The translations under genes were made by a program, and so were the position numbers. Under the pieces are notes generated by a model. The model was not told the DNA's origin. It saw only the letters and a program-made list of their open reading frames with translations, and did no database searches. Positions 22,362-33,634 of a stretch of 64,000 nt of DNA are shown here, one piece after another. The DNA comes from Escherichia coli (lineage in GTDB: Bacteria > Pseudomonadota > Gammaproteobacteria > Enterobacterales > Enterobacteriaceae), in assembly GCF_003334815.1 (NCBI RefSeq), contig NZ_QOWO01000001.1; one strand, 5' to 3'. Numbering within the stretch: the stretch's first letter is position 1; the number at the start of each line of letters is the position of its first letter.

Positions 22362-23774
22362 TTACGGTACCGGATTGACCAACAGTTGCCCAATCGAGCC
22401 ACGGTCCGCCATTTCCAGCGTCTGACTGTTGAAGTAGAACGGGAAGTGCGCCCAGGAAGGCTGACCGAAATAAACAAGCAGCTCCACTTGTCCGTCAACC
22501 CAAACGGTATCTTTCCAGCCTCTGTCTTCCGGGAACGGCATCGCGCCATTCACGTTACGGATCTGGAACATTACGCCTTCAATATGGAACGCTTGCGGCT
22601 CGTCCGCGCGTACCGTCCAGCGTTCCCACGTTCCTTGCTGCGCGGTGACATCAATACGGTTGACGTCCCACAGCTGTCCATTAATACCCGGGTCATCACC
22701 CAGACTGATATCGCGACTGCGAATTGGCGAACCAGCCATGATTTCAGTTGGCAGCAAGCGCATCGGAAGACTGTCTGTGACCAGCGGCAGAAGGCCGGTT
22801 GGGCGCAGCGTTAGCACCAGGGTAGAAACCAGAATACTGGATGGCTCAAAGAAGCCACGAATACGATCAACAATGCTCGCCGCTTCGCCACAGGTGATCG
22901 ACACTTCATCGCCGTTGCTCATATCCACCAGAATCTCGCGGCGCTCGCCCGGTGCCAGCGAAAGTTGCTTCACCGATACAGGAGCAGGCAGGAATCCCTG
23001 ATCGCCAGAAATCACATGTAACGGGCGACCATCGTTCATCTGTAGTTGATAGCGACGAGAGTTCGACGCGTTCAGCAGTCGCAAGCGCACCCAGCCACGC
23101 GAGACTTCAACGTACGGGCTTTGTACACCGTTAACCAGCAGCGTATCACCAACAAAGCCGCCGCTTCCCGGTTCGTTGTATTCTGGCGTACCAAAGTTAT
23201 CCAGCCGTTTATCCTGGATAATGACCGGAAAATCATCCACACCATAATGGTTGGGGATAGGCAGCGACTTGCTGACTTCATCTTCCACCAGCCACATTCC
23301 GGCAAGGCCGTTATAGACCTGCTGAGCCGTGCGGTTGGGAGTATTGGCGTGATACCACAGAGTAGCTGCGTTCTGGCGAATGGGCAGTACGGGTGCCCAG
23401 TCAGCGTTTGGCGACATCATCCGTGCCGGACCGCCCATCAGCGGGCCTGGTACCTGTAGCCCGGCCACCGTCATTGAGACATTTTCTGTCAGGCGGTTGC
23501 TGTAAATAAGCTTAACATCGTCGCCCTTCCAGACGCGGATAGTCGGCCCCAGGTAACGACCATTGATTCCCCAGACCGACGCGCGTGTCCCTGGCGTAAA
23601 TGACCAGTGCGCACGTTGTACAGTCATAAACAGCGGTTGCCCACGGCGAGATTCAAGTAGCGGCGGAACGGGTAGCGGTTGCTGTTGCCCGGCTGCGCTG
23701 GCCTTCAGGGGAACAGCGCCTGCACAAAGTGCAATCCCCGATGCCTGAATGAACTGACGCCGACTGAGTGACAT
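22362..23774 (-). CDS. ftsP: Cell division protein FtsP (SufI), multicopper-oxidase fold, Tat substrate
   Basis: 470 aa; twin-arginine signal MSLSRRQFIQASGIALCAGA. Confidence 0.93.
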   Translation of the reverse strand: MSLSRRQFIQASGIALCAGAVPLKASAAGQQQPLPVPPLLESRRGQPLFMTVQRAHWSFTPGTRASVWGINGRYLGPTIRVWKGDDVKLIYSNRLTENVSMTVAGLQVPGPLMGGPARMMSPNADWAPVLPIRQNAATLWYHANTPNRTAQQVYNGLAGMWLVEDEVSKSLPIPNHYGVDDFPVIIQDKRLDNFGTPEYNEPGSGGFVGDTLLVNGVQSPYVEVSRGWVRLRLLNASNSRRYQLQMNDGRPLHVISGDQGFLPAPVSVKQLSLAPGERREILVDMSNGDEVSITCGEAASIVDRIRGFFEPSSILVSTLVLTLRPTGLLPLVTDSLPMRLLPTEIMAGSPIRSRDISLGDDPGINGQLWDVNRIDVTAQQGTWERWTVRADEPQAFHIEGVMFQIRNVNGAMPFPEDRGWKDTVWVDGQVELLVYFGQPSWAHFPFYFNSQTLEMADRGSIGQLLVNPVP

Positions 23775-23848
23775 ATTTGCTCCATGTAAAACTGGCTAAA
23801 GTAATACCGTGCAGGAAAGTGTTCCCCGCAAAAATACAGATTGCCGAC

Positions 23849-24586
23849 TTAAACTTTTCCGGCGGCTTCGCGTTCTGCGACTTCTTTATCGAGCTCGGCG
23901 ATTTTTTGTTCCATTATCGAACGACAATGGGCAGCCAGCTCACGAACCTGATCTTTGCCATACTGACTGACGTCAATTGGCGGCAGCATTTCGACAATCA
24001 CCAGACCGTTGTGCAGTCGATTAAGATTAATCTTATTCGAAGTTGTAGAGACGCACACGGGAATAATCGGGACGCCCGCCGCAATTGCCGCGTGAAATGC
24101 TCCAGTCTTGAACGGTAGCAGGCCGCGACCACGGCTGCGGGTTCCTTCCGGGAACATCCAGATGGAAATACGGCGTTTTTTGAAGTGATTCACTACTTCC
24201 GCAATGGTGCCGTGAGCTTTAGTGCGATTGTTTCTGTCGATCAATAAGTTGCCGGTTAACCAGTACAACTGCCCGAAGAAGGGGATCCACAGCAAGCTCT
24301 TTTTACCTACCGTCACCGTCGGCGGTTGCACGATGTTCGATGCTGTCACCATGTCATAGTTGTTCTGGTGGTTAGCGATATAGATAGCATTGCCGTAGCT
24401 TTCAGCGTCTGTAGGTTTACGGCACTCAACTTTCAGGCCAAACAGCGGCGCAAGACGGCCAAACATATGCCCAAAGGTGGCCACATGTTTCGGGTTACGC
24501 GGGCTGAAAAGGCAGTAAATGGAGCCGAATACACAGACTAAGATGCTGTAAATCACGGTAATAATAAGACGAAAGATATATAGCAT
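23849..24586 (-). CDS. plsC: 1-acyl-sn-glycerol-3-phosphate acyltransferase
   Basis: 245 aa; acyltransferase motifs NHQNNYD and FPEGTR. Confidence 0.95.
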   Translation of the reverse strand: MLYIFRLIITVIYSILVCVFGSIYCLFSPRNPKHVATFGHMFGRLAPLFGLKVECRKPTDAESYGNAIYIANHQNNYDMVTASNIVQPPTVTVGKKSLLWIPFFGQLYWLTGNLLIDRNNRTKAHGTIAEVVNHFKKRRISIWMFPEGTRSRGRGLLPFKTGAFHAAIAAGVPIIPVCVSTTSNKINLNRLHNGLVIVEMLPPIDVSQYGKDQVRELAAHCRSIMEQKIAELDKEVAEREAAGKV

Positions 24587-24819
24587 AACACCCTCTGAAG
24601 GTCTGAGAGACTGGCATTGTACGTCACCTGAAATCAGGTTAGGGCATTGTTAAAAGCCGCTCTCTGGAAAAGCGTATTGTTAATCGCAACGCATGAATAA
24701 ACAACGGTTTCAAGGGAATTTTTATCGTTTCCGGGGGTTGAATACGCTGCCGGATGACGACTTAACGTTTCATCCGGCGTTCCTTGCAAGCGGGAGGAAA
24801 CAGCGCCCTCCCCGGCATA

Positions 24820-27078
24820 TTACTCTTCGCTATCACCGCTGCTGGCACGGCGAGGAGAGTCGATCTCAACACGATCGATACGCTGCAAACCGCGCATCAA
24901 CGTACCGCGGCGTCCACGTTCGCCAGTGACTTTCTGTAACTCTTCCGGGCGCAGTTTAATTTTGCGTTTCCCAACATGAATGGTCAGCGTGCTTTGCGGC
25001 GGCAGAACGTACAATTGCGCCAGACCATCTTCTCCACGCGCGGCTTCTGCCGATGGAATGTTGATAATCTTGTTGCCTTTGCCCTTCGACAGCTGCGGCA
25101 GATCACTTACCGGGAACATCAACATACGGCCTGCCTGAGTGATTGCCAGCAGCATATCGGAAGCATCTTCAATCACCACCGGCGGCATAACATGGGCATT
25201 TTCCGGTAAGGTGATCAAAGCCTTACCTGCACGGTTACGCGCCACCAGATCGTTAAAGGTGCAGACGAAACCGTAACCCGCATCGGAAGCCATCAGCAGT
25301 TTCTGATCGTCGCTTTCCATCAGCATATGGTCAACGGTCGCCCCAGGCGGCAACGTTAATTTGCCGGTGAGCGGCTCGCCCTGACCACGCGCCGACGGCA
25401 GCGTAATCGGGTCAATGGCATAGCTACGACCGGTGGAATCAACAAACACTACCGGTTGGTTGCTCTTACCTTTCACCGCCGCTTTGAAGCTATCACCCGC
25501 TTTATAATTCAGGCCCGGCGCGTCGATATCATGGCCTTTAGCGCTGCGTACCCAGCCCATCTGCGACAGCACAATGGTGACAGGTTCAGACGGCAGCATG
25601 TCGTGCTCGCTCATCGCTTTCGCTTCTTCGCGTTCCTGCAACGGCGAACGACGATCGTCACCGTAGGCTTGCGCGTCTGCCTGCAGTTCTTTCTTCAGCA
25701 GGTTATTCATTTTACGCTCGGAAGCCAAAATGCCCTGCAACTGGTCGCGCTCTTTTTCCAGTTCACTCTGCTCACCGCGAATCTTCATCTCTTCCAGTTT
25801 GGCAAGATGACGCAGTTTCAGTTCGAGGATCGCTTCCGCCTGGGTTTCCGTAAGGCCAAACCGCGACATCAGCGCCGGTTTCGGTTCATCTTCATTACGA
25901 ATGATCTCAATCACTTCGTCGATATTGAGAAACGCCACCAGCAAACCTTCGAGGATATGCAGGCGCTTGAGGACTTTCTCCAGACGATAGTTCAGTCGGC
26001 GGCGCACGGTATCGCGGCGGAACACCAGCCATTCGGAGAGGATTTCCAGCAGGTTTTTCACCGCCGGACGACCATCCAGACCGATCATATTAAGGTTAAT
26101 ACGATAGCTCTTTTCCAGATCGGTGGTAGCGAAGAGGTGGTTCATCACCTGATCCATATCCACGCGGTTGGAACGCGGCACAATCACCAGGCGGGTCGGG
26201 TTCTCGTGGTCAGATTCATCGCGCAGATCGTCAACCATCGGCAGCTTTTTGTTGCGCATTTGCGCAGCAATTTGCTCCAGTACGCGCGCACCTGAAACCT
26301 GATGCGGCAATGCGCTGATAACCACCGCGCCATCTTCTTTCTTCCACACCGCGCGCATACGCACTGAACCACGTCCGTTCTCGTAGATTTTACGGATCTC
26401 GGCGCGCGAAGTGATAATTTCCGCTTCAGTCGGATAATCCGGCCCCTGCACGATATCCAGCAGCTGATCGAGCGTGGTTTTCGGCTGGTCGATTAATGCG
26501 ATTGCCGCCTGAGCCACTTCACGCAGGTTATGCGGTGGAATATCGGTCGCCATGCCGACGGCAATACCGGTGGTGCCGTTAAGCAAAATGTTTGGCAGAC
26601 GGGCAGGTAGCATTTTCGGCTCCTGCAAAGTGCCGTCGAAGTTTGGCACCCAGTCAGCCGTCCCCTGCCCCAGCTCGCTCAATAGCAGCTCGGAATATTT
26701 CGACAACCGGGATTCGGTGTAACGCATTGCCGCGAACGATTTCGGATCGTCCGGCGCGCCCCAGTTCCCCTGACCATCAACCAGCGGATAACGGTAAGAG
26801 AACGGTTGCGCCATCAGGACCATCGCTTCATAACAGGCGCTATCGCCGTGCGGATGGTATTTACCCAGTACGTCACCGACGGTACGGGCCGATTTTTTAA
26901 ATTTGGCGCTGGCATTCAGGCCCAGTTCAGACATCGCATACACAATGCGGCGCTGAACAGGTTTCAGACCATCACCAATAAACGGCAACGCACGGTCCAT
27001 GATCACGTACATGGAGTAGTTTAAGTAGGCGTTTTCCGTAAATTCATGTAGCGCAAGGCGCTCTGCCATATCGCTCAT
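24820..27078 (-). CDS. parC: DNA topoisomerase IV subunit A
   Basis: 752 aa; GyrA/ParC family with the catalytic tyrosine region (AAMRYTE). Confidence 0.97.
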
Positions 27079-27215
27079 TAATTCTGATTCCTCAACTTAT
27101 TCGCCAGCCTTCAAAGGGGCAATATTGCCGGAGATACTACATTATCTGCCGCGTCGAGTCACAGGAGATCAGCGTGAATAGCGCCGCCGGACGTGCTCCG
27201 ACGGCGATAAAGGCA

Positions 27216-28823
27216 TCAATGTGCCTTGATATACAACTCTTTGCTGTAGACATAATCCTGGGGATTATGCAGCGGAAAACCGCCAACGTAGGGTTTAAGC
27301 AGTTTGATTAACGGCTGATAGTAGATAGGAATCAGCGGTGCCTGTTGGTTGATGATCACTTCTGCCTGCTGATACAACGCATTACGCTTTGTCGCATCAG
27401 TGATCTGCGTGGCCTGGTTTAGTAAGGCGTCATACTGCGCATTTTTCCAGTGACCGACGTTTTCTTCACTATCGCTTTTGAGCGTGTTCAGGAAGCTGGA
27501 AGCATCATTGTACGTCGCATCCCACGACTGCCGAGACAGCATGAAATCACCGGCTCGTCGGGCATCAAGATAGGTTTTCCACTCCATTGTGCGCAGCGTC
27601 ACCTGTGCACCCAGCCATTTTTTCCATTCGGAAGACAACGCTATCGCGGTCTTTTCATGCAGATCGTACTTGTTGTAGAACAGCTCAAAGCGTAGCGGAT
27701 GAGAGGCGTCGTATCCCGCCTGTTTCAGCAAGGCTTTTGCCATCGCGACGCGCTCACTCATTGGCTTTTGCAGTTCATCGAACGTCGTCGCGCTAAAGCC
27801 TTTTACCTCTGGCGGCGTCAGCGTGGTTGCGGGCGTTCTCAACCCCAGTACCTTTTGCGCAATAAGCTGTCGATCAACCGTAAGATATAGCGCCCGACGC
27901 ACTCGCACATCGTTAAATGGCGGTTTCTCAAGGTTGAAGTTGTAATATTCGCTGTTCAGACGCGGAATAATTCGTAGCTCGCCAGGCAGTGATTTTTCAA
28001 TGGCGGGAATTTGCTGCGCCGGAACCCAGGTGAGATCGACCTCTCCCGCGCGATAGCGGTTATAGCCGGTGACCGAATTATCTAGCGCCAGATACTCAAC
28101 CTGTTGCAATACTGTATGTTGCGCATCGCGGTACTTTGGATTTTTGCGTGCAGTAATCTTTTCGTTAACTACCCACTGATCAAGCACAAAGGCACCGTTG
28201 TAAACCATGTTCTCTGGCTTACTCCAGCTATCGCCATGTTTAGCGATGACATGATGAGGAACCGGGAACAGCGTCGGCCAGGCGAGCATCGTCGTGAACC
28301 AAGGAACCGGCTGCTCAAGCGTAACTTCAAGAGTACGATCATCCGTCGCTTTGACACCCAGCGATGTAACATCTGCTTTACCCGCAACAATAGCTGCGGC
28401 ATTGTTAATGTGCGCCTGTGCCAGATAGCCAGCAAAAGGGCTTGCCGTTTTCGGGTCAACCGCGCGCTGCCAGCCGAGGACAAAATCCTCTGCCGTCAGA
28501 GGCTGACCGTCGGACCACTGCAAACCGCTACGCAGATGGAAAATATAGCGCTTGCCGCCGTCCAGTATCTCCCAGCGTTCAGCCTGAGCGGGCTGCACCT
28601 GGCCTTCACCGTCCATCCATACCAGACCTTCAAACAGATCCAGCACAATCTGCGCGGCAGTATTCTCCTCCACCTTTTGCGGGTCGAGCGTACCTGGGTC
28701 GCTATGATTGTTGTAACGAAAGACTTGTTGCGGGGCGAGCGGTGTGTTGGCGGGAACGTCAGCAGCGTAGAGAGGAGCCGCACTTACCAGGCTGACCAGC
28801 CATAATAAATTTCGCGTATACAT
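27216..28823 (-). CDS. ygiS: Periplasmic solute-binding protein (family 5, oligopeptide-binding-like) YgiS
   Basis: Start set at MYTRNLLWLVSLVSAAPLYA (535 aa, signal peptide), not the longer ORF to 28886. Confidence 0.88.
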   Translation of the reverse strand: MYTRNLLWLVSLVSAAPLYAADVPANTPLAPQQVFRYNNHSDPGTLDPQKVEENTAAQIVLDLFEGLVWMDGEGQVQPAQAERWEILDGGKRYIFHLRSGLQWSDGQPLTAEDFVLGWQRAVDPKTASPFAGYLAQAHINNAAAIVAGKADVTSLGVKATDDRTLEVTLEQPVPWFTTMLAWPTLFPVPHHVIAKHGDSWSKPENMVYNGAFVLDQWVVNEKITARKNPKYRDAQHTVLQQVEYLALDNSVTGYNRYRAGEVDLTWVPAQQIPAIEKSLPGELRIIPRLNSEYYNFNLEKPPFNDVRVRRALYLTVDRQLIAQKVLGLRTPATTLTPPEVKGFSATTFDELQKPMSERVAMAKALLKQAGYDASHPLRFELFYNKYDLHEKTAIALSSEWKKWLGAQVTLRTMEWKTYLDARRAGDFMLSRQSWDATYNDASSFLNTLKSDSEENVGHWKNAQYDALLNQATQITDATKRNALYQQAEVIINQQAPLIPIYYQPLIKLLKPYVGGFPLHNPQDYVYSKELYIKAH

Positions 28824-28955
28824 GGTATTCCTTACCGGAGAAATTATAAGCCCAACAACAATACGCCTGTGGCATTGTTCGCTCAAACTTATCGCGAGTG
28901 ATTTGGCTCACACTCCGGTAAAGAAAAAAGCGAGTTGCCCCCGCTTTTCCATTAA

Positions 28956-29351
28956 TTAACGGATTTCATTCAATAGTTCTGGATGCTTATCCAGAACACG
29001 TAAAAGTTTGATTGTGGAAGGATGAGGTTGGGCATTGCCTTTTTCGTAACGCGAAAACGCATTTACACCTCCCCCAAAAATTTCGCTTGCCTCTTTTTGG
29101 GTAAGAGAGAGCTTTTTTCGAACCTTCACTATAAATTCAGGTGCCACTGTTTCGGCATTCACCGAAGCCCGAAATGCCTTTACTTGCGCCATGAAAGCAT
29201 CTGACTCTTCTTTATTCATGATGCTCTCTTCGCAATGGACACAATATAAACCGTGGATACCTTTCAATACTGTTTTTCGTCCACGGAAGGTGTATGGAAT
29301 ATCTTTAATGCCAGAAACCATTTCTCCCTGGTGGCAAACCGGACATTTCAT
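28956..29351 (-). CDS. mqsA: Antitoxin MqsA (zinc-ribbon plus HTH-XRE)
   Basis: 131 aa; N-terminal CxxC...CxxC zinc motif (CPVCHQ...CVHCEE); downstream of and adjacent to mqsR. Confidence 0.95.
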   Translation of the reverse strand: MKCPVCHQGEMVSGIKDIPYTFRGRKTVLKGIHGLYCVHCEESIMNKEESDAFMAQVKAFRASVNAETVAPEFIVKVRKKLSLTQKEASEIFGGGVNAFSRYEKGNAQPHPSTIKLLRVLDKHPELLNEIR

Positions 29352-29352
29352 A

Positions 29353-29649
29353 TTACTTCTCCTTAAACGAGACGATCAGTACGTCATGAATTACCGTAAT
29401 TTTAAGATAAACCTGGCCTGTAACAAGCCTGGGTCTGTAAACATCCTGCCAGATAGTATGATCAGAGTAGGTGGTCATGCTTTTATAAAAGTCGCTCTCT
29501 GATAATCCAATGATAACATTACACATACCATCAAAATCCAAACCTAACTCATCTGCATTTAACAGGGCACTACGTGTTGTACGAACTTGCCCGGCATTGA
29601 CAAGTTTTTTAACCTGACTCAAACGTGTATGTGGTGTGCGTTTTTCCAT
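29353..29649 (-). CDS. mqsR: mRNA interferase toxin MqsR
   Basis: 98 aa, MEKRTPHTRLSQVKKLVNAGQVRTTRS...; toxin gene precedes the antitoxin. Confidence 0.95.
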   Translation of the reverse strand: MEKRTPHTRLSQVKKLVNAGQVRTTRSALLNADELGLDFDGMCNVIIGLSESDFYKSMTTYSDHTIWQDVYRPRLVTGQVYLKITVIHDVLIVSFKEK

Positions 29650-29678
29650 AACCCCCGCCTCCCTGTTACTTTAGTTAT

Positions 29679-29722
29679 AACCTAAAAGGTTAATTACAGC
29701 AATGAAAAAGCACCTAAAAGGT
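29679..29722 (-). promoter_or_regulatory. mqsRA operator: two ACCT-N3-AGGT palindromes
   Basis: taacctaaaaggttaa (29678-29693) and cacctaaaaggttag (29711-29725), 30-75 bp upstream of mqsR; matches the known MqsA-binding palindrome. Confidence 0.75.
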
Positions 29723-29853
29723 TAGTTAGATGTACGGAGATAGTGACCACACAAAACGTATTCTTTAAGGAAAGTGATTGACCATATAAGAAAGTGGCGC
29801 ATTAGTAGCGCCAGTTTGAAGCAGGAATTTATAAGGGAAGCTGGAGTCAGGCA

Positions 29854-30336
29854 TCACGCCAACGGCACATAAACATCCGTTTCCAGTCGCTGCTCTGTCA
29901 CCCCTTCGGCAAGATTGGTGTAGTGAAACAGAATCGGTGCTTTACGCATTTTCTCGCCGCTTGCAGGCAGCCAGTGGCGAATGATGCCCCATACCGTGTG
30001 TGAAATATCGTCCAGCTCGCCAACGTGGCGGGCCACGGCATAACGTCCACCGGTAAGTTCACCATTGCTCACACCATAACGATTATCGGGAATCGGTTCG
30101 CTAACGCTGCCGCAGATATCAAAGCGAAACGCTTCCGGTGCGGTGGTGGCAGGGTCGTCCCAGGCGACGCCAAAAGTCTGGCTTTGGTTAACAGGAGAAA
30201 GCCCCGTCTCTTTACGCCACATGATAAATTTCGCCACGCTGTAGTTGAGCAATTCAGGGCTACAGCGGTGCGGCAACATCGCCACAGGTATTGATGGGAA
30301 ATCGATAATGTTTACATCCAGTGTCAGGTTTGTCAT
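29854..30336 (-). CDS. ygiV: GyrI-like/AraC-effector-domain protein YgiV
   Basis: 160 aa ORF matching E. coli YgiV. Confidence 0.85.
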   Translation of the reverse strand: MTNLTLDVNIIDFPSIPVAMLPHRCSPELLNYSVAKFIMWRKETGLSPVNQSQTFGVAWDDPATTAPEAFRFDICGSVSEPIPDNRYGVSNGELTGGRYAVARHVGELDDISHTVWGIIRHWLPASGEKMRKAPILFHYTNLAEGVTEQRLETDVYVPLA

Positions 30337-30388
30337 TTTGCCTCCCTGCGAAATTATTCCCGGGAACGCGTCCCGGGAGCGGTAACAA

Positions 30389-30781
30389 TTACGGATTTAC
30401 TTTGCGGATCTGTTTGACGTCAATTTCAACAGAATTCCAGTCTTTATCGACTTCACCCTGAATCTCAACCGTATCTTTCGGCGTCACCGTCACGCCGTTC
30501 CAGCGTTTGTGGTCGATATCAACATTGATAGTACCGCTGGCATCTTTGAACACGTAGAGATCGTCAGAGATGCGTTCAACGATATTGCCGCGCAGGGTTA
30601 CCCAGGTGTCGTCACGCAGGGATTTTGCGCTTTCTACAGTCGTTACGCTGCCGTTCGGCCCCTGGAATCCTCCGGCCTGACTTTGCGTTGCCGATGGGCC
30701 AGAAAAACCGCCCTGCTCTGCTGCCATCACCGGTGCGCTGCACAGGGCCATTACTGCGATTACTGCTGCGAATTTTTTCAT
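30389..30781 (-). CDS. ygiW: BOF (OB-fold) family periplasmic stress protein YgiW/VisP
   Basis: Start set at MKKFAAVIAVMALCSAPVMA (130 aa, signal peptide). Confidence 0.88.
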   Translation of the reverse strand: MKKFAAVIAVMALCSAPVMAAEQGGFSGPSATQSQAGGFQGPNGSVTTVESAKSLRDDTWVTLRGNIVERISDDLYVFKDASGTINVDIDHKRWNGVTVTPKDTVEIQGEVDKDWNSVEIDVKQIRKVNP

Positions 30782-30932
30782 GTTTATTACTCCCTTTAAT
30801 GTCTGTTTCCGAGCATTTAACAAGATAGTCCTTAACAACTTCTTAAGGGAAAAAAATAAAATTTAGTGCTGTACAGAGCGCGTTACAACACGGTTTACTG
30901 GCAGCAAATACGGTTATCGCAGGGATGAAAAA

Positions 30933-31592
30933 ATGCGAATTTTACTGATAGAAGATGACATGCTGATTGGCGACGGCATCAAAACGGGCCTTAGTAAAAT
31001 GGGTTTTAGCGTCGACTGGTTTACACAAGGTCGTCAGGGAAAAGAGGCGCTTTATAGCGCACCTTATGATGCGGTGATCCTGGATTTAACCTTACCAGGC
31101 ATGGATGGTCGCGATATTTTGCGCGAATGGCGAGAAAAAGGTCAGCGTGAGCCGGTACTGATCCTGACCGCGCGCGATGCGCTGGCGGAACGTGTAGAAG
31201 GGCTGCGTCTGGGAGCTGACGATTATCTGTGTAAACCTTTTGCGTTGATAGAAGTCGCCGCCAGGCTGGAAGCTCTGATGCGCCGAACCAACGGCCAGGC
31301 CAGCAACGAGCTGCGCCACGGTAACGTCATGCTCGACCCCGGCAAACGTATCGCCACGCTGGCTGGCGAACCCTTAACACTGAAACCAAAAGAATTTGCC
31401 CTGCTGGAATTACTGATGCGTAACGCTGGTCGGGTACTGCCGCGCAAACTGATTGAAGAGAAACTGTATACCTGGGACGAAGAGGTCACCAGTAATGCCG
31501 TTGAAGTGCATGTGCATCATCTGCGACGCAAACTCGGTAGTGATTTTATTCGTACCGTGCATGGTATTGGTTACACATTAGGTGAGAAATGA
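30933..31592 (+). CDS. qseB: Two-component response regulator QseB (OmpR family)
   Basis: 219 aa; receiver domain with the phospho-acceptor Asp in [12 protein letters not shown]; winged-helix C-terminus. Confidence 0.95.
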   Translation: MRILLIEDDMLIGDGIKTGLSKMGFSVDWFTQGRQGKEALYSAPYDAVILDLTLPGMDGRDILREWREKGQREPVLILTARDALAERVEGLRLGADDYLCKPFALIEVAARLEALMRRTNGQASNELRHGNVMLDPGKRIATLAGEPLTLKPKEFALLELLMRNAGRVLPRKLIEEKLYTWDEEVTSNAVEVHVHHLRRKLGSDFIRTVHGIGYTLGEK

Positions 31593-32938
31593 AATTTACC
31601 CAACGTCTTAGTCTGCGCGTCAGGCTGACGCTAATCTTTTTAATTCTGGCCTCGGTGACCTGGCTGCTTTCCAGCTTTGTCGCCTGGAAACAAACAACGG
31701 ATAACGTCGATGAATTGTTCGACACCCAACTGATGCTGTTTGCCAAGCGGTTAAGTACGCTCGATCTCAACGAAATCAACGCGGCGGATCGCATGGCACA
31801 GACGCCAAATAGATTAAAACACGGTCATGTTGATGACGATGCGCTGACCTTTGCCATCTTTACCCACGACGGCAGAATGGTCCTTAATGATGGCGATAAC
31901 GGAGAAGATATTCCCTATAGCTATCAACGGGAAGGTTTTGCTGACGGGCAACTGGTCGGTGAAGACGATCCTTGGCGTTTTGTCTGGATGACCTCACCTG
32001 ATGGCAAATATCGCATCGTTGTTGGCCAGGAATGGGAATACCGTGAAGACATGGCGCTGGCGATTGTTGCCGGGCAATTGATCCCGTGGCTGGTCGCACT
32101 GCCGATTATGTTAATCATCATGATGGTACTACTGGGTCGTGAACTCGCGCCGCTGAACAAACTGGCGCTGGCACTACGTATGCGTGACCCTGACTCGGAA
32201 AAACCACTAAACGCGACTGGCGTACCCAGCGAAGTGCGGCCACTGGTTGAGTCGCTAAATCAACTGTTCGCCCGCACACATGCGATGATGGTTCGTGAAC
32301 GACGCTTTACCTCCGACGCAGCTCACGAACTTCGTAGCCCGTTAACGGCGCTGAAAGTGCAAACCGAAGTTGCGCAGCTCTCTGACGATGATCCGCAGGC
32401 GCGGAAAAAAGCACTGCTCCAATTACATTCCGGGATCGATCGCGCTACTCGTCTGGTTGATCAACTGCTCACGCTATCGCGGCTGGACTCACTGGATAAC
32501 CTTCAGGACGTCGCGGAGATCCCGCTTGAAGATCTCCTGCAATCGTCGGTGATGGATATTTACCACACGGCGCAGCAGGCGAAAATTGACGTGCGACTGA
32601 CACTCAATGCCCACAGCATCAAACGCACCGGGCAACCGCTATTGCTAAGTTTGTTGGTGCGAAATTTGCTGGATAACGCCGTGCGCTACAGTCCACAGGG
32701 CAGCGTGGTAGACGTCACGCTGAATGCTGATAATTTCATCGTGAGGGATAACGGCCCCGGTGTGACACCAGAGGCACTGGCGCGAATTGGCGAACGCTTC
32801 TATCGCCCACCCGGACAAACCGCTACCGGCAGCGGGCTTGGGCTATCGATTGTCCAGCGAATCGCCAAATTGCATGGCATGAATGTTGAATTTGGGAATG
32901 CGGAACAAGGTGGATTTGAGGCGAAGGTAAGCTGGTAA
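31589..32938 (+). CDS. qseC: Sensor histidine kinase QseC
   Basis: 449 aa; two TM segments; H-box [11 protein letters not shown]; start overlaps the qseB stop (ATGA). Confidence 0.95.
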   Translation: MKFTQRLSLRVRLTLIFLILASVTWLLSSFVAWKQTTDNVDELFDTQLMLFAKRLSTLDLNEINAADRMAQTPNRLKHGHVDDDALTFAIFTHDGRMVLNDGDNGEDIPYSYQREGFADGQLVGEDDPWRFVWMTSPDGKYRIVVGQEWEYREDMALAIVAGQLIPWLVALPIMLIIMMVLLGRELAPLNKLALALRMRDPDSEKPLNATGVPSEVRPLVESLNQLFARTHAMMVRERRFTSDAAHELRSPLTALKVQTEVAQLSDDDPQARKKALLQLHSGIDRATRLVDQLLTLSRLDSLDNLQDVAEIPLEDLLQSSVMDIYHTAQQAKIDVRLTLNAHSIKRTGQPLLLSLLVRNLLDNAVRYSPQGSVVDVTLNADNFIVRDNGPGVTPEALARIGERFYRPPGQTATGSGLGLSIVQRIAKLHGMNVEFGNAEQGGFEAKVSW

Positions 32939-32945
32939 CTTCTCT

Positions 32946-32985
32946 GTCTATGAGAGCCGTTAAAACGACTCTCATAGATTTTACT
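32946..32985. terminator. Bidirectional intrinsic terminator between convergent qseC and ygiZ
   Basis: Stem tctatgagag/ctctcataga with 13 nt loop, followed by ttttact. Confidence 0.55.
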
Positions 32986-33316
32986 AATAGCAAAATATAA
33001 ACCGTCCCCAAAAAAGCCACCAACCACAAACCAGACAAATACCGAGCGAGAATACATATACCCAAAACTCGAACATTTCCCGCATAAAGAGTTTTCTTAA
33101 GATAAGAATAATAAGTGGCGTAAGAAGAAAAAATGCTGCAATCATTGCTTGCAATATACGATCTTCGCCTGAAACGGAAGGTATACTGCAAATATTTCCT
33201 CCCGACTCAAGCATCCAGTCATACTTATTGAAAGCAAAAAAAGAATCTATTAACCAATAAGTAAGCATTATATATAGCAATGCTTCAAATATTGTTTTAA
33301 TTTTCTGCTTTAACAT
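32984..33316 (-). CDS. ygiZ: Small inner membrane protein YgiZ
   Basis: 110 aa hydrophobic ORF in an AT-rich stretch; matches E. coli YgiZ. Confidence 0.8.
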   Translation of the reverse strand: MLKQKIKTIFEALLYIMLTYWLIDSFFAFNKYDWMLESGGNICSIPSVSGEDRILQAMIAAFFLLTPLIILILRKLFMREMFEFWVYVFSLGICLVCGWWLFWGRFIFCY

Positions 33317-33634
33317 ATATCAGTACGCTCATAAAAATCCATTTATAATTATCAACATGACACGTTGATACTTTCATCTTTTACTTATTCAAAGCCATAT
33401 TTTCAATCCCCAAAAAAACCGAACCAAACGTGTAAATTATTCCGGTGCGAGTAAGAATTATGAGGAATGGCTATCAGTATTGTCATTTTCAGAAAATATT
33501 TATCCTGCATCGGTGAGTCAGAGTAAGATCAGACTTTTGCTAAATTCGCAAAAGACTTTGCACATTTTGCTAATTTCACCGTACCGCTCTGTGACGTACT
33601 ATAGTCGGCAAACGTCTCACCTTGAGGTTAAAAA

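Noticed and set aside
25456-26295. 279-aa plus-strand ORF inside parC
   Set aside because: Antisense to the essential and clearly conserved parC; no independent signals.
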